A stretch of DNA of 32,000 nucleotides from Candidatus Saccharimonadota bacterium (lineage in GTDB: Bacteria; Pseudomonadota; Gammaproteobacteria; Burkholderiales; Burkholderiaceae): assembly GCF_016593155.1 (NCBI RefSeq), contig NZ_AP023215.1, forward strand, positions 330,001 to 362,000, written 5' to 3'. A program made the translations under genes and the position numbers. How positions within the stretch are numbered: position 1 is the stretch's first letter; each line of letters opens with the position of its first letter. Shown here in pieces: positions 19,169 through 28,578 of the stretch. A model generated the notes under the pieces. It saw nothing but the letters and a program-made list of their open reading frames with translations. It did not search any database and was not told where the DNA came from.

Positions 19169-19320
19169 ACACTGAAAAAATTTTTTAATAAAAAATGAAT
19201 TTTCAATAGATAATTAATGAATTTAAAAAATTTTTTAATTTAAATTTAATAATAAAAATTTAAATATATTGCTATTAAAATATAATTTATTATACTAAAA
19301 TATATTTAGTAAACACAAAA

Positions 19321-19408
19321 GGAAGTGTGGCCGAGTGGTTTAAGGCACCAGTCTTGAAAACTGGCAACAGGTAAAACCGGTTCGTGAGTTCGAATCTCAC
19401 CGCTTCCA
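19321..19408 (+). tRNA. tRNA-Ser (anticodon UGA)
   Basis: Acceptor GGAAGTG/CGCTTCC, anticodon arm CCAGT-CTTGAAA-ACTGG, a long variable arm and T arm GTGAG-TTCGAAT-CTCAC. Length 88 nt. CCA is not encoded. Confidence 0.9.
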
Positions 19409-19568
19409 TATATTTGTAAAAATTTTTTAAATATTTTTAATTATTAATGAAATAAAAATAATTATATTGAAAATAAACATAATTATTTTTATAATATAAT
19501 TATTAAAATTATTAATTTAAAAATTAATATATATATTATAGTTGTAATTATTGGTATAAATTATACTT

Positions 19569-19659
19569 GCCCTGGTGGTGAAATTGGTATACACAAGGGA
19601 CTTAAAATCCCTCGCTCTATAAATAAAGCTTGCCGGTTCAAGTCCGGCCCAGGGCACCA
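19569..19659 (+). tRNA. tRNA-Leu (anticodon UAA), CCA encoded
   Basis: Acceptor GCCCTGG/CCAGGGC, anticodon arm AGGGA-CTTAAAA-TCCCT, T arm GCCGG-TTCAAGT-CCGGC and discriminator A plus CCA. The 19-nt variable arm (CGCTCTATAAATAAAGCTT) is unusually long and AT-rich. Confidence 0.9.
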
Positions 19660-19703
19660 TTAGTAATGTAATTTAATTTTAAAATTAATAATATTTAATT
19701 TAA

Positions 19704-20396
19704 TTAATTTTTCCAAATACATTTTCCATTTGAGTGTTTATCTATTTCCGAAAGAAGTATATTGTGTTCTATTAATTCATTAGAATTAGCTAATTTTACC
19801 GGGATATTACTAGGTAGTTTTATTTTAGTTTCAATATTATTTAAATTACTAATTTTAGGTTGAAAATTTAAATTATCTTGCCCTCTAGTCATAGCTAAAT
19901 ATACTTCCGCTAAGAGCTCTGCATCAAGCAACCCCCCATGTAAAGTTCTATGTGTTTTTGATATATTATAACGATCGCATAATGCATCTAAAGAATTACG
20001 TTTTCCAGTATGAATTTTTCTTGCTATTAGTAATGTATCAGTAATTTTAGAAATATATTTCGTAAAATTTGAGTAACCTAAAAGAGATAATTCCATATTT
20101 AAAAATCCAACATCAAATACTGCGTTATGAATTATAATTTCAGAATTAGCAACATAATTCAGAAAATTATCTACAATTTCTGAAAATTTTGCTTTATTCT
20201 TAAGGAATTTTGTTGTTAAACCATGTATGGCTAGCGCGCTTTTTTCAGAATCTCTATCAGGATTAATATAATAATGTAAATTGTTTCCAGTAATTTGACG
20301 ATTTTTTATTTCTACGCAACCAATTTCAATAATACGATGACCATCAATAATATTTAATCCGGTTGTTTCTATATCCAAAACAATATGACGATGCAT
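19704..20396 (-). CDS. dnaQ: DNA polymerase III subunit epsilon (3'-5' proofreading exonuclease)
   Basis: 230-aa ORF with DEDDh motifs: Exo I VLDIETTGL, Exo II IIHNAVFDVGFLN and Exo III HGGLLDAELLAEVY. Confidence 0.94.
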   Translation of the reverse strand: MHRHIVLDIETTGLNIIDGHRIIEIGCVEIKNRQITGNNLHYYINPDRDSEKSALAIHGLTTKFLKNKAKFSEIVDNFLNYVANSEIIIHNAVFDVGFLNMELSLLGYSNFTKYISKITDTLLIARKIHTGKRNSLDALCDRYNISKTHRTLHGGLLDAELLAEVYLAMTRGQDNLNFQPKISNLNNIETKIKLPSNIPVKLANSNELIEHNILLSEIDKHSNGKCIWKN

Positions 20397-20474
20397 TTTA
20401 AGAAAAAATTATAAGGGTTAGTAATTTGAAAATATATTTTTAAATTTTAATAAATTTGAATTAAATATAAAATG

Positions 20475-20550
20475 TGGTGGAGGTTATCGGAATTGAACCG
20501 ATGACATCCTGCTTGCAAAGCAGGTGCTCTACCAACTGAGCTAAACCCCC
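20475..20550 (-). tRNA. tRNA-Ala (anticodon UGC), CCA encoded
   Basis: The minus strand reads GGGGGTT-TA-GCTC-AGTTGGTA-GAGC-A-CCTGC-TTTGCAA-GCAGG-ATGTC-ATCGG-TTCAATT-CCGAT-AACCTCC-A-CCA. The G3:U70 identity pair is present. Length 76 nt. Confidence 0.93.
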
Positions 20551-20555
20551 ATTCA

Positions 20556-20628
20556 TAGGTCTGGTTGGACTTGAACCAACGACTACCGCGTTATCAACAC
20601 GGTGCTCTACCAACTGAGCTACAGACCT
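20556..20628 (-). tRNA. tRNA-Ile (anticodon GAU)
   Basis: The minus strand reads AGGTCTG-TA-GCTC-AGTTGGTA-GAGC-A-CCGTG-TTGATAA-CGCGG-TAGTC-GTTGG-TTCAAGT-CCAAC-CAGACCT-A. Length 73 nt, CCA not encoded. It lies 5 nt upstream of tRNA-Ala on the same strand. Confidence 0.93.
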
Positions 20629-20798
20629 AAAATTTAAATATATAATAATATTATAATACTAAAATTATTTTTTGTATCGTTTTAATAAAATATTTTTTAA
20701 AAAATTTTTTTAATATTTATAAATAAATTTTTAAAAATAAATTATTTTTAAATTTAAAGAAATTTAAATATTTTTCATTCAATGAATAGCTATATATT

Positions 20799-22085
20799 TT
20801 ATAATCCCCGTATTTTTTGTGCATTCAAAACTCGTGTGCAACCTATTATAAATGCAGCGGTACGTAATGAGACTTTTTTTTCATTAGCTAATTCCCATAT
20901 AGCTTTAAATGCATCGCATATAATGCGATCTAATCGTAAATTAATTTCTTTTTCTGTCCATGAAAAATTAGAAAGATTTTGTACCCACTCAAAGTAACTA
21001 ACAATTACTCCGCCGGCATTAGTAATAACATCTGGTGCTAATATAATACCTTTATCTTTTAAAATATCATCTGCTTCCGTTGTTGTTGGTCCGTTTGCTC
21101 CTTCTAATATAATTTTTGCTGTAATATTATTTGCATTATTGATAGTAATTTGTCCTTCAATTGCAGCTGGAATTAATATGTCGCATGGAAGAGACCAGAA
21201 TTCTTGAGGATTATTGATTTTTTCACCTCCATTAAAGTCTTGTATACTTCCTTTATAAGTAACATATTTTTGTAATTTAGGTATCTCTAATCCATTGGGA
21301 TTATAGATTGTTGTTTTATAATCTTGTATTGCCACAATTTTTGCACCAGCTTTAAAAAAAAGATTTGCTGCAATACTACCTACATTACCAAATCCTTGTA
21401 TAGCAATTTTAGAATTAATAATATTTAAATTTATTTGAGAAGCAATTTTATTTCCAATAATAAATACACCTCGTCCAGTTGCTTTTTGTCTTCCAAAACT
21501 ACCTCCAATAGAGATTGGTTTACCTGTAACAATACCTGATATAGTGTGATTTTTTTTTGTTGAATAAGTATCCATCATCCAGGCCATAATCTGCATATCA
21601 GTTCCAACATCAGGCGCTGGGATATCTTTATTTAATCCAATTATAGAGCTAATTTCATTAGTATAACGACGTGTTAATCGCATTAATTCATTGTTTGATA
21701 GATTTCTTGGATTAACACGAATTCCTCCTTTTGCTCCACCATAAGGTATATTAACGGTAGCATTTTTTATTGTCATCCATCCGGATAAAGCAATTATTTC
21801 AGATAATGTGACATCTGGATGAAAACGTACCCCCCCTTTTCCGGGTCCTCGTAATATATTATGTTGTACGCGATATCCTTCGTAATGAATAATATCTCCG
21901 TTATCGTGCTCAATTGGAATATCTACTATTAAAATTTTTTTTGGATGTTTTAATATTTCTATCCAACGAGATAAGGAACCAAGATACGGAATAACACGAT
22001 CAATTTGTTGTAAATAAACACCCCATGGTCCAAGATTGTTTTGTATAAGATAAGATGGTATAGGATTCTCGGTGAATTTAGACAT
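20799..22085 (-). CDS. gdhA: Glutamate dehydrogenase (Glu/Leu/Phe/Val dehydrogenase family)
   Basis: 428-aa ORF with GPGKGGVRFHP, the catalytic-lysine region IPYGGAKGGI and the dinucleotide fold IQGFGNVG. Confidence 0.92.
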   Translation of the reverse strand: MSKFTENPIPSYLIQNNLGPWGVYLQQIDRVIPYLGSLSRWIEILKHPKKILIVDIPIEHDNGDIIHYEGYRVQHNILRGPGKGGVRFHPDVTLSEIIALSGWMTIKNATVNIPYGGAKGGIRVNPRNLSNNELMRLTRRYTNEISSIIGLNKDIPAPDVGTDMQIMAWMMDTYSTKKNHTISGIVTGKPISIGGSFGRQKATGRGVFIIGNKIASQINLNIINSKIAIQGFGNVGSIAANLFFKAGAKIVAIQDYKTTIYNPNGLEIPKLQKYVTYKGSIQDFNGGEKINNPQEFWSLPCDILIPAAIEGQITINNANNITAKIILEGANGPTTTEADDILKDKGIILAPDVITNAGGVIVSYFEWVQNLSNFSWTEKEINLRLDRIICDAFKAIWELANEKKVSLRTAAFIIGCTRVLNAQKIRGL

Positions 22086-22365
22086 TTTGATAATATCCTT
22101 TTTTAATTGATCTACTTATAAAATATCATAGAAAAAAAAAATTTTTAAATAAGAAATCCTGTAAATAATACAATTATTATTATAATTATTAAATTTAATT
22201 AATAATATATAAAAATTTTATTTTATAAAAAATTAAATATTTAATAAAGTATATTAAAATTATAGTTACAATAGTTTAAAAATATTTTAAAATAGCTTTA
22301 TAAAAATAGAAATTTATTTTTAAAAAATTATAATTATCTTTGTTGTTATATTAATAATTAGTACA

Positions 22366-23367
22366 ATGAAAAATTTTTTAAATTCATGTTTTTTTATCAA
22401 TAAAATAAATAATAATTTTTTAAGTATTCATACGATATTAACTTCTATTAAATTTTGTTTAACTAAAAAAGTTAATGGTATTAGACTTGATAAAGCACTA
22501 TCATTAATATTAACTCAATATTCTCGTAATTGTATTCAGAAATGGATAAAATTAAAACAAGTATTAATTAATAATAAAATAGCAGAAACTGATGTGATTG
22601 TTTCTGGAAATGAACTAATTACCATTAAGCCTAAAAAAAATTTTTTAGAAAACGAAATAGAAAAAAAAATAATAAAATTAGATATTATTTATGAAGATAA
22701 TGAAATTATTATTATTAATAAGTCGGCCGGATTAGTGGTTCATCCTGCGATTGGTCATTTATCTGGAACATTATTTGATCATCTTTTAAGGATTTATCCA
22801 TTTTTAATAAATGTTCCTAGAGCGGGTATCGTCCATCGTTTGGATAAGAATAGTAGTGGATTAATGGTTGTTGCTAAATCAATAAAATCATATACACATC
22901 TTGTTAATCAATTGAAATTACGTATTGTTCAGAGGAAATATTTAGCAATGGTTTGGGGTATTCCAAAATTAAATGGTGTTATTAATGCGGCAATAATACG
23001 GAATCCACATAACCGTATTAAAATGATTGTTTCTAAAAATTTTAATGCTAAACCCGCTTTAACTTATTATGAAAGATTAGCAATTGGAATAATTAATAGA
23101 AAACATGTTAGTTTAGTTCGCTGTAATTTAAAAACAGGAAGAACTCATCAAATTAGAGTACATATGCAGTGGTTAGGACATGGAATAATTGGAGATAATC
23201 TTTATAATAAAAAATGTTCAAAATCATTAATATTTAATCGACAAGCATTACATGCTTATAAATTAGGATTAATACATCCGGAAAATAACTTAAAATTAAA
23301 ATGGAAAATTAATCTTCCAGATGATATTTCTAAATTAGTTATATATTCTGGAATAAAATGGATTTAA
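22366..23367 (+). CDS. rluD: 23S rRNA pseudouridine synthase, RluD type (RluA family)
   Basis: 333-aa ORF with an S4-like N-terminal segment (IRLDKAL...IQKWIK...VLINNK), the catalytic motif HRLDKNSSGLMVVAK and GRTHQIRVH. About 20 extra N-terminal residues have no alternative ATG. Confidence 0.88.
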   Translation: MKNFLNSCFFINKINNNFLSIHTILTSIKFCLTKKVNGIRLDKALSLILTQYSRNCIQKWIKLKQVLINNKIAETDVIVSGNELITIKPKKNFLENEIEKKIIKLDIIYEDNEIIIINKSAGLVVHPAIGHLSGTLFDHLLRIYPFLINVPRAGIVHRLDKNSSGLMVVAKSIKSYTHLVNQLKLRIVQRKYLAMVWGIPKLNGVINAAIIRNPHNRIKMIVSKNFNAKPALTYYERLAIGIINRKHVSLVRCNLKTGRTHQIRVHMQWLGHGIIGDNLYNKKCSKSLIFNRQALHAYKLGLIHPENNLKLKWKINLPDDISKLVIYSGIKWI

Positions 23368-23437
23368 TATTTCTATAATAGAAAAATTTTTTTTAAATTG
23401 ATGTTTTTTTGAAATTTTTATAAAAACTTTTAATGAA

Positions 23438-23899
23438 TTAAAATTTATTTTTATATTTTTTTATAATTATTTCTGTTTCTCTTTTTATATCACGATCACG
23501 TTCTTTGCGGCGTTTATCATGTTGTTTTTTTCCTTTAGCGAGAGCTATTTCACATTTTATGCGATTTTTTACAAAATATAATTTCGATGGAATTAAAGTG
23601 TATCCAGATTTTTTAACTTTTCCAGTTAATTTTTTAATTTCGGTTGAATGTAATAATAGTTTGCGTGTTCTAATTGTTTCCGAGCTAATATTTGTAAAAA
23701 TATTTGAGTTAGATAAAACGCTAATATGTGCACCGAATAAAAATATTTCTTTATTGCGAGTAATTATATATGACTCTTTTAAATGCACATGATTTGCTCG
23801 TATTGATTTAACTTCCCATCCCTTTAGGACAATACCAGCTTCGTAATAATCTTCTAGAAAATAATTAAATAATGCTTTTTTATTATTGATAATTATCAT
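23438..23899 (-). CDS. smpB: SsrA-binding protein SmpB
   Basis: 153-aa ORF. KKALFNY..ED.YEAGIVLKGWEVKSIR...L.ESY and a basic C-terminal tail are collinear with SmpB. Confidence 0.95.
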   Translation of the reverse strand: MIIINNKKALFNYFLEDYYEAGIVLKGWEVKSIRANHVHLKESYIITRNKEIFLFGAHISVLSNSNIFTNISSETIRTRKLLLHSTEIKKLTGKVKKSGYTLIPSKLYFVKNRIKCEIALAKGKKQHDKRRKERDRDIKRETEIIIKKYKNKF

Positions 23900-24043
23900 A
23901 CTTATTATACGTATATTTTTAAAAATTTGATAATATATTTTATTAGAATTAAAATTAAAAAATTTAATTATATATTAATGATAAAGATTAAAATAATTAA
24001 ATTAATCATTTTAATACTTGTTAATTCTAATATAATAATATTT

Positions 24044-24319
24044 ATGATTAAATTAATTTGTGTTCAAATTTGTTATGCTGATTCACGGTTACAAGTTTTA
24101 TATAAATTATATGTGACTAATCAAACTTCTATACAAACAGCAATTCTTCAAAGTAATATTTTACATAAAATTAGTAAAATTAATTTAATTAATTTAAAAG
24201 TAGGTATTTATGGAAAATTAAAAAAATTAAATACAATATTACGTGATAATGATCGAGTTGAAATTTATCGTCCATTAATTATTAGTCCAAAAGAATTACG
24301 TTGTCGAAAAAATAATTAA
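24044..24319 (+). CDS. rnfH: RnfH (YfjF/UPF0125) ubiquitin-like family protein; start moved to an internal ATG of the 130-aa track ORF
   Basis: The last 91 aa (MIKLICVQICYA...KVGIYGKLKKLNTILRDNDRVEIYRPLIISPKELR) are collinear with E. coli YfjF/RnfH (KVGIYSRPAKL...GDRVEIYRPLIADPKELRR). The upstream 39 codons are Ile/Lys/Asn-only low complexity. Divergent placement next to smpB matches the E. coli arrangement. Confidence 0.8.
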   Translation: MIKLICVQICYADSRLQVLYKLYVTNQTSIQTAILQSNILHKISKINLINLKVGIYGKLKKLNTILRDNDRVEIYRPLIISPKELRCRKNN

Positions 24320-24363
24320 TAATTTTAATTTTTTAAAACTTTAATTTTACTAAATTAAATTTT

Positions 24364-24385
24364 GTTCACCGTTATATTGGTGAAC
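24364..24385. terminator. GC-containing hairpin between convergent rnfH and maeB (possible bidirectional terminator)
   Basis: GTTCACC-gttatatt-GGTGAAC forms a 7-bp perfect stem with an 8-nt loop. It is one of the few GC-containing inverted repeats in intergenic DNA here. The flanking U-tracts are poor on both strands (AAUUAAUU / AAAAUUUAAUUU). Confidence 0.35.
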
Positions 24386-24451
24386 AATTAATTAATATAT
24401 GAACGTTTAATATACTTATTAAGTATTTAATTTTTTTAAAAATTAATAAAT

Positions 24452-26752
24452 TTATTTTGATAAAGCATCTATTACACATAATGTAGTCATATTTACAATT
24501 CTTCTCACTGTTGCTGATGATGTTAAAATATGAATAGGTTTTGAGCAGCCCAGTAAAATAGGACCAATTGTCACACCATTACCAGATGTTGTTTTTAGTA
24601 AATTATAAGCTATATTTGCAGATTCAATATTTGGTAATACTAGAAGATTAGCATCTCCAGTTAATTTAGAATTTGGTATTTGTTTATGTAATAATTTATT
24701 ATTTAGGGCGTAATTTCCATCCATTTCTCCATCAATTTCTAATTCTGGCATGTTTTTTTGTATTAGTTTTAATGTTGTTCTCATTTTATGGGTTGAGATA
24801 TTATTATCAGAACCAAAATTTGAATGCGATAAAAGAGCAACACGAGGTTTTAAACCAAGAGAAATCATTTTTTTTACTGCTAAAATTGTGATTTCTGATA
24901 ATTCTTCTGCGTTTGGATTTTCATTGATATGTGTGTCAACCAACATTAATTGCCTATCCATAAGAATTAAATTACTCATTGCTGCATACGTATTTATTTT
25001 GTTTTCTTTACCTATTATTTGATCAATGTAGTTTAAATGTAATTTAATAGAACCAAAAATACCACAAATCATCCCATCTGCATTTCCTTTATGAACAGCC
25101 ATAGCGCCTATTAATGTGTGACACCTACTCATTTTTAATTGAGCATGTTGTTCAATAATGCCTTTACGATTTGTCATGGATAAATAAGTTTCCCAGTAAT
25201 CTTTATAATTTTTATTAAAATCAGGATCTATTATTTCAAAATGTATTCCAGGTTTTATTCGTAATCTAAGTTTTTTAATATGTTGTTCTAAAATTTTTGT
25301 ACGTCCAATTAAGATAGGAAAGGCTAAATTTTCATCAATAACTATTTGTATAGCGCGTAGTATTTTTTCTTCTTCTCCTTCTGAGTAAATAATTCTTTTG
25401 ATATTTTTTGGTGTTTTTTTAGCTATTTGAAAAAGTGGCCTCATAAAAGTACTGCTACGGTAAACAAATTGTTGTAGATGATTTATATAATTTTCTATAT
25501 CTTTAATTGGTTTAGTAGCTACACCAGATTTTTCAGCAGCTACCGCAACAGCTGGAGCAATTTTAATTATTAAGCGAGGATCAAATGGTTTTGGAATAAT
25601 ACATTCTGATCCAAATGTTATATTAGAAATTCCATAAGTTGTATTAACAATATCAGATTGTTCTATTTGAGCTAAATCAGAAATTGCGTGTACTGCCGCA
25701 ATTTCCATTTCTCGTGTAATAGTTGTGGCTCCAGAATCTAATGCTCCACGAAAAATATAAGGGAAGCATAATACATTATTCACTTGATTAGGATAATCAG
25801 AACGACCTGTAGCAATAATTGCATCATTTCTCACGGATTTAATATCTTCTGGTAGGATTTCTGGTAATGGATTAGCTAGCGCTAATATTATAGGATTTTT
25901 TTCCATTTTTAATACCATTTCTTTTTTTAATACTCCAGATACCGATAATCCAAGAAAAATATCTGCGTTAGGTATAATATCAGATAATGTGCGAGCTGTA
26001 GTATCTTGTATAAAACGCGCCTTATTTGAATCCATTAATTCAGATCGTCCTTTATAAAGAACTCCAGCTAAATCTGTAACAAAAATATTTTTTAATGGAA
26101 AACCAAGATCAATAATTAGATCAATGCAAGCTAATGCTGCAGCACCCGCTCCAGAAACGACTAGTTTACAATCTTTCATTTTTTTTTTAACTAATTTTAA
26201 TCCGTTTAAAATAGCTGATCCTACAATGATAGCAGTTCCATGTTGATCATCATGAAATACAGGTATTTTCATACGATTACGTAGTTTTTGTTCAATATAG
26301 AAACATTCTGGAGCTTTAATGTCTTCTAAATTAATACCACCAAAAGTTGGTTCTAATGAAAAGATAATATCACATAATTTATCTGGATCTGTTTCATTAA
26401 TTTCTAGATCAAAAACATCAATTCCAGCGAATTTTTTAAATAACACTGCTTTTCCTTCCATTACTGGTTTTGATGCTAATGGACCAATATTCCCCATTCC
26501 CAAAACAGCTGTTCCATTAGTGATTACTGCAACTAAATTTCCTTTAGCGGTGTATTTAAATACATTACTTGGATTAGATGAAATTTCTTCACAAGCAGAG
26601 GCTACACCAGGAGAATATGCTAATGCTAAATCATGTTGATTTTTAAGTTGTTTAGTTGGAATAACGCTGATTTTTCCTGGAATAGGAAATTCATGATACT
26701 CTAAAGCAGATTGATGTGATTTTTTACAAATTTTTTTTTTAAAATTAATCAT
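24452..26752 (-). CDS. maeB: NADP-dependent malic enzyme, MaeB type (malic enzyme fused to a phosphotransacetylase-like C-terminal domain)
   Basis: 766-aa ORF. The N-terminus [36 protein letters not shown] is collinear with E. coli MaeB. The NAD(P) fold [11 protein letters not shown] is present, and the C-terminal roughly 330 aa are PTA-like. Confidence 0.95.
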   Translation of the reverse strand: MINFKKKICKKSHQSALEYHEFPIPGKISVIPTKQLKNQHDLALAYSPGVASACEEISSNPSNVFKYTAKGNLVAVITNGTAVLGMGNIGPLASKPVMEGKAVLFKKFAGIDVFDLEINETDPDKLCDIIFSLEPTFGGINLEDIKAPECFYIEQKLRNRMKIPVFHDDQHGTAIIVGSAILNGLKLVKKKMKDCKLVVSGAGAAALACIDLIIDLGFPLKNIFVTDLAGVLYKGRSELMDSNKARFIQDTTARTLSDIIPNADIFLGLSVSGVLKKEMVLKMEKNPIILALANPLPEILPEDIKSVRNDAIIATGRSDYPNQVNNVLCFPYIFRGALDSGATTITREMEIAAVHAISDLAQIEQSDIVNTTYGISNITFGSECIIPKPFDPRLIIKIAPAVAVAAEKSGVATKPIKDIENYINHLQQFVYRSSTFMRPLFQIAKKTPKNIKRIIYSEGEEEKILRAIQIVIDENLAFPILIGRTKILEQHIKKLRLRIKPGIHFEIIDPDFNKNYKDYWETYLSMTNRKGIIEQHAQLKMSRCHTLIGAMAVHKGNADGMICGIFGSIKLHLNYIDQIIGKENKINTYAAMSNLILMDRQLMLVDTHINENPNAEELSEITILAVKKMISLGLKPRVALLSHSNFGSDNNISTHKMRTTLKLIQKNMPELEIDGEMDGNYALNNKLLHKQIPNSKLTGDANLLVLPNIESANIAYNLLKTTSGNGVTIGPILLGCSKPIHILTSSATVRRIVNMTTLCVIDALSK

Positions 26753-27132
26753 TATGTATATTTTATTAGTTAATATTTTATGAAAATAATATAAATTATT
26801 TTTATAAAAATTGTGTAAATTTATTATAAAAAATATATTTATTAAAATTATTGGTAAATAATATATTTATTTATAATTTTACTTTTTAATTTTAATAAAT
26901 TATTATTCAAAAATAGATAAAATTATAAAATGAAATTGCATAAAATTTTTTAAAAATTAAAAAATAAAGAGATTTTATTTTTATTTAAGTATATCATATT
27001 TTTTTTAAAAAAATTAATTACTTTAATGTAGTTTATATAGATATTATTATTAAGGATCTTATTATTAATTATAATGTTTATTAGTTTTTATATTTTGGTA
27101 ATTTTAATTAATTTTTTATAGATTTTAACCCT

Positions 27133-28551
27133 ATGAGCACCTTAAAAATATATAATTCACTTTCTCGTAAAAAACAAATATTTTATCCAATAACACCGGG
27201 AAAAGTAGGTTTATATGTATGTGGTATTACTGCTTATGATTATTGTCATCTCGGTCACGCGAGATTAATGATCGCATTTGATGTTGTGCAACGCTGGTTA
27301 CGTATTAATAATTATGATGTAAAATATGTGCGTAATATTACCGATATTGATGATAAAATTATTGATCGTGCTAAAAAAAATAATGAATCAATTAAAATAT
27401 TAACTTCTCGTTTTATTAAAGCAGCTAAAGAGGATTCTTTATTATTAAATATTCAACCTCCAGATTATCAACCTTGCGCCACTAATTATATACCGCAAAT
27501 ATTAAAAATGATTGAAAAATTAATTTTTAATGGATTAGCTTATCAAAATAATAATGGAAAAATTAATGGAGATGTAAATTATTCTGTTCGTAATTTTTCT
27601 AATTATGGAAAGTTATCTGGTAGATTAATTTCTTCTTATTTCAATAAAATTGATAAAAAAAATAATTTTAAACAAGATCCATTAGATTTCGCTCTTTGGA
27701 AGATTTCTAAAAATAATGATCCTCATGAAGCTGTATGGAACTCTAGGTGGGGAGCAGGTCGTCCAGGATGGCACATTGAATGTTCTGCTATGTCCTGTGA
27801 TTTATTAGGATCACATTTTGATATTCATGGTGGAGGACAAGATTTACAATTTCCACATCATGAAAATGAAATTGCTCAATCTGAAGGGGTATATAAACAT
27901 AAATTTGTTAATTATTGGATGCATAGTGGTTTTGTTAAAATAAATAATAAAAAAATGTCAAAATCATTTGGTAATTTTTGTACAATTCGTGATGTATTAA
28001 AAAAATATAATCCAGAAGTGATAAGATTTTTTTTCTTGCGTTCACATTATCGTAGTACAATAAATTATTCAGAAGTTTATTTAAATTATGCTAAACAAAG
28101 TTTAATTCGATTATATTTAGCACTAAAAGAGATATCAGAAATAAATTATAAAAAAATAATTGATTTAAATGAGCCTCATGCAAAACGTTTCATAATAGCT
28201 ATGAATGATGATTTTAATACTCCAGTTGCAATTTCTGTATTATTTGATTTAGCTAATATAATTAATAAAAATAAATCTATAGAGATGGCCAAACAATTAC
28301 GGGGATTAGGTAATTGGTTAGGTTTATTGGAGTATTCATCAGATGAATTCTTAAAAAATAATATTTCTCTTGAAGAAAATAAAATTGTAAATTATTCTGA
28401 CAATGATATTAAATTAAAAATATACTCTAGATCAGAGGCTAGAAAAAAAAAAAAATTTTTAGAGGCCGATCAGATACGTCAAGAATTAATAAATAATGGG
28501 ATTATTTTAGAAGATATGCCTAATGGTAAAACAGAATGGAGAAGAATTTAA
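27133..28551 (+). CDS. cysS: Cysteine--tRNA ligase
   Basis: 472-aa class-I aaRS with the HIGH-type motif YDYCHLGHAR and KMSKS (KMSKSFGNF). The zinc/cysteine-binding region GRPGWHIECSAM is present. Confidence 0.97.
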   Translation: MSTLKIYNSLSRKKQIFYPITPGKVGLYVCGITAYDYCHLGHARLMIAFDVVQRWLRINNYDVKYVRNITDIDDKIIDRAKKNNESIKILTSRFIKAAKEDSLLLNIQPPDYQPCATNYIPQILKMIEKLIFNGLAYQNNNGKINGDVNYSVRNFSNYGKLSGRLISSYFNKIDKKNNFKQDPLDFALWKISKNNDPHEAVWNSRWGAGRPGWHIECSAMSCDLLGSHFDIHGGGQDLQFPHHENEIAQSEGVYKHKFVNYWMHSGFVKINNKKMSKSFGNFCTIRDVLKKYNPEVIRFFFLRSHYRSTINYSEVYLNYAKQSLIRLYLALKEISEINYKKIIDLNEPHAKRFIIAMNDDFNTPVAISVLFDLANIINKNKSIEMAKQLRGLGNWLGLLEYSSDEFLKNNISLEENKIVNYSDNDIKLKIYSRSEARKKKKFLEADQIRQELINNGIILEDMPNGKTEWRRI

Positions 28552-28578
28552 TTAAAATTTTTGTACTTGGATAATGAA

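Noticed and set aside
19174-19249. Repeated aaaaaattttttaat motif (two copies 60 nt apart) downstream of bioB
   Set aside because: It is a simple A6T6 low-complexity palindrome, expected frequently in A/T-only intergenic DNA, with no flanking similarity.
20782-20997. 71-aa plus-strand ORF overlapping the gdhA 3' end
   Set aside because: It is antisense to the conserved gdhA C-terminus with no independent support.
23370-23394. Weak hairpin tttctat-a-atagaaa followed by T8 downstream of rluD, as a possible intrinsic terminator
   Set aside because: The effective stem is only about 5 A/T-rich base pairs, and comparable structures arise by chance in this composition. It is too weak to call.
23505-23792. 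95-aa plus-strand ORF
   Set aside because: It is antisense to smpB, so it is a shadow ORF.
23927-24043. N-terminal 39 codons of the 130-aa track ORF (MIIYFIRIKIKKFNYILMIKIKIIKLIILILVNSNIIIF), which could be read as a transmembrane or signal segment
   Set aside because: The composition simply mirrors A/T-rich intergenic DNA. Homology to RnfH begins only at the internal ATG (24044), which gives the family-typical length of about 91 aa.
23368-24043. Possible tmRNA (ssrA) gene next to smpB
   Set aside because: There is no tRNA-like acceptor or T-arm (GGTTCGA-type, CCA end) and no GC-rich structured segment in the flanks. Both flanks are A/T-only.
24673-26639. Plus-strand ORFs 24673-24891, 24750-25022 and 26319-26639
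   Set aside because: All are antisense to maeB with no motif support.
27075-27122. 15-codon hydrophobic mini-ORF (MFISFYILVILINFL*) just upstream of cysS, as a possible leader peptide
   Set aside because: It has no Cys codons, no Shine-Dalgarno and no alternative hairpins. The composition is consistent with random A/T-rich sequence.
28561-28578. TTG start for accA as used in the ORF track
   Set aside because: Alignment with the E. coli AccA N-terminus begins at the ATG at 28579 ([11 protein letters not shown] vs MSLNFLDFEQP). The extra six codons are unnecessary.
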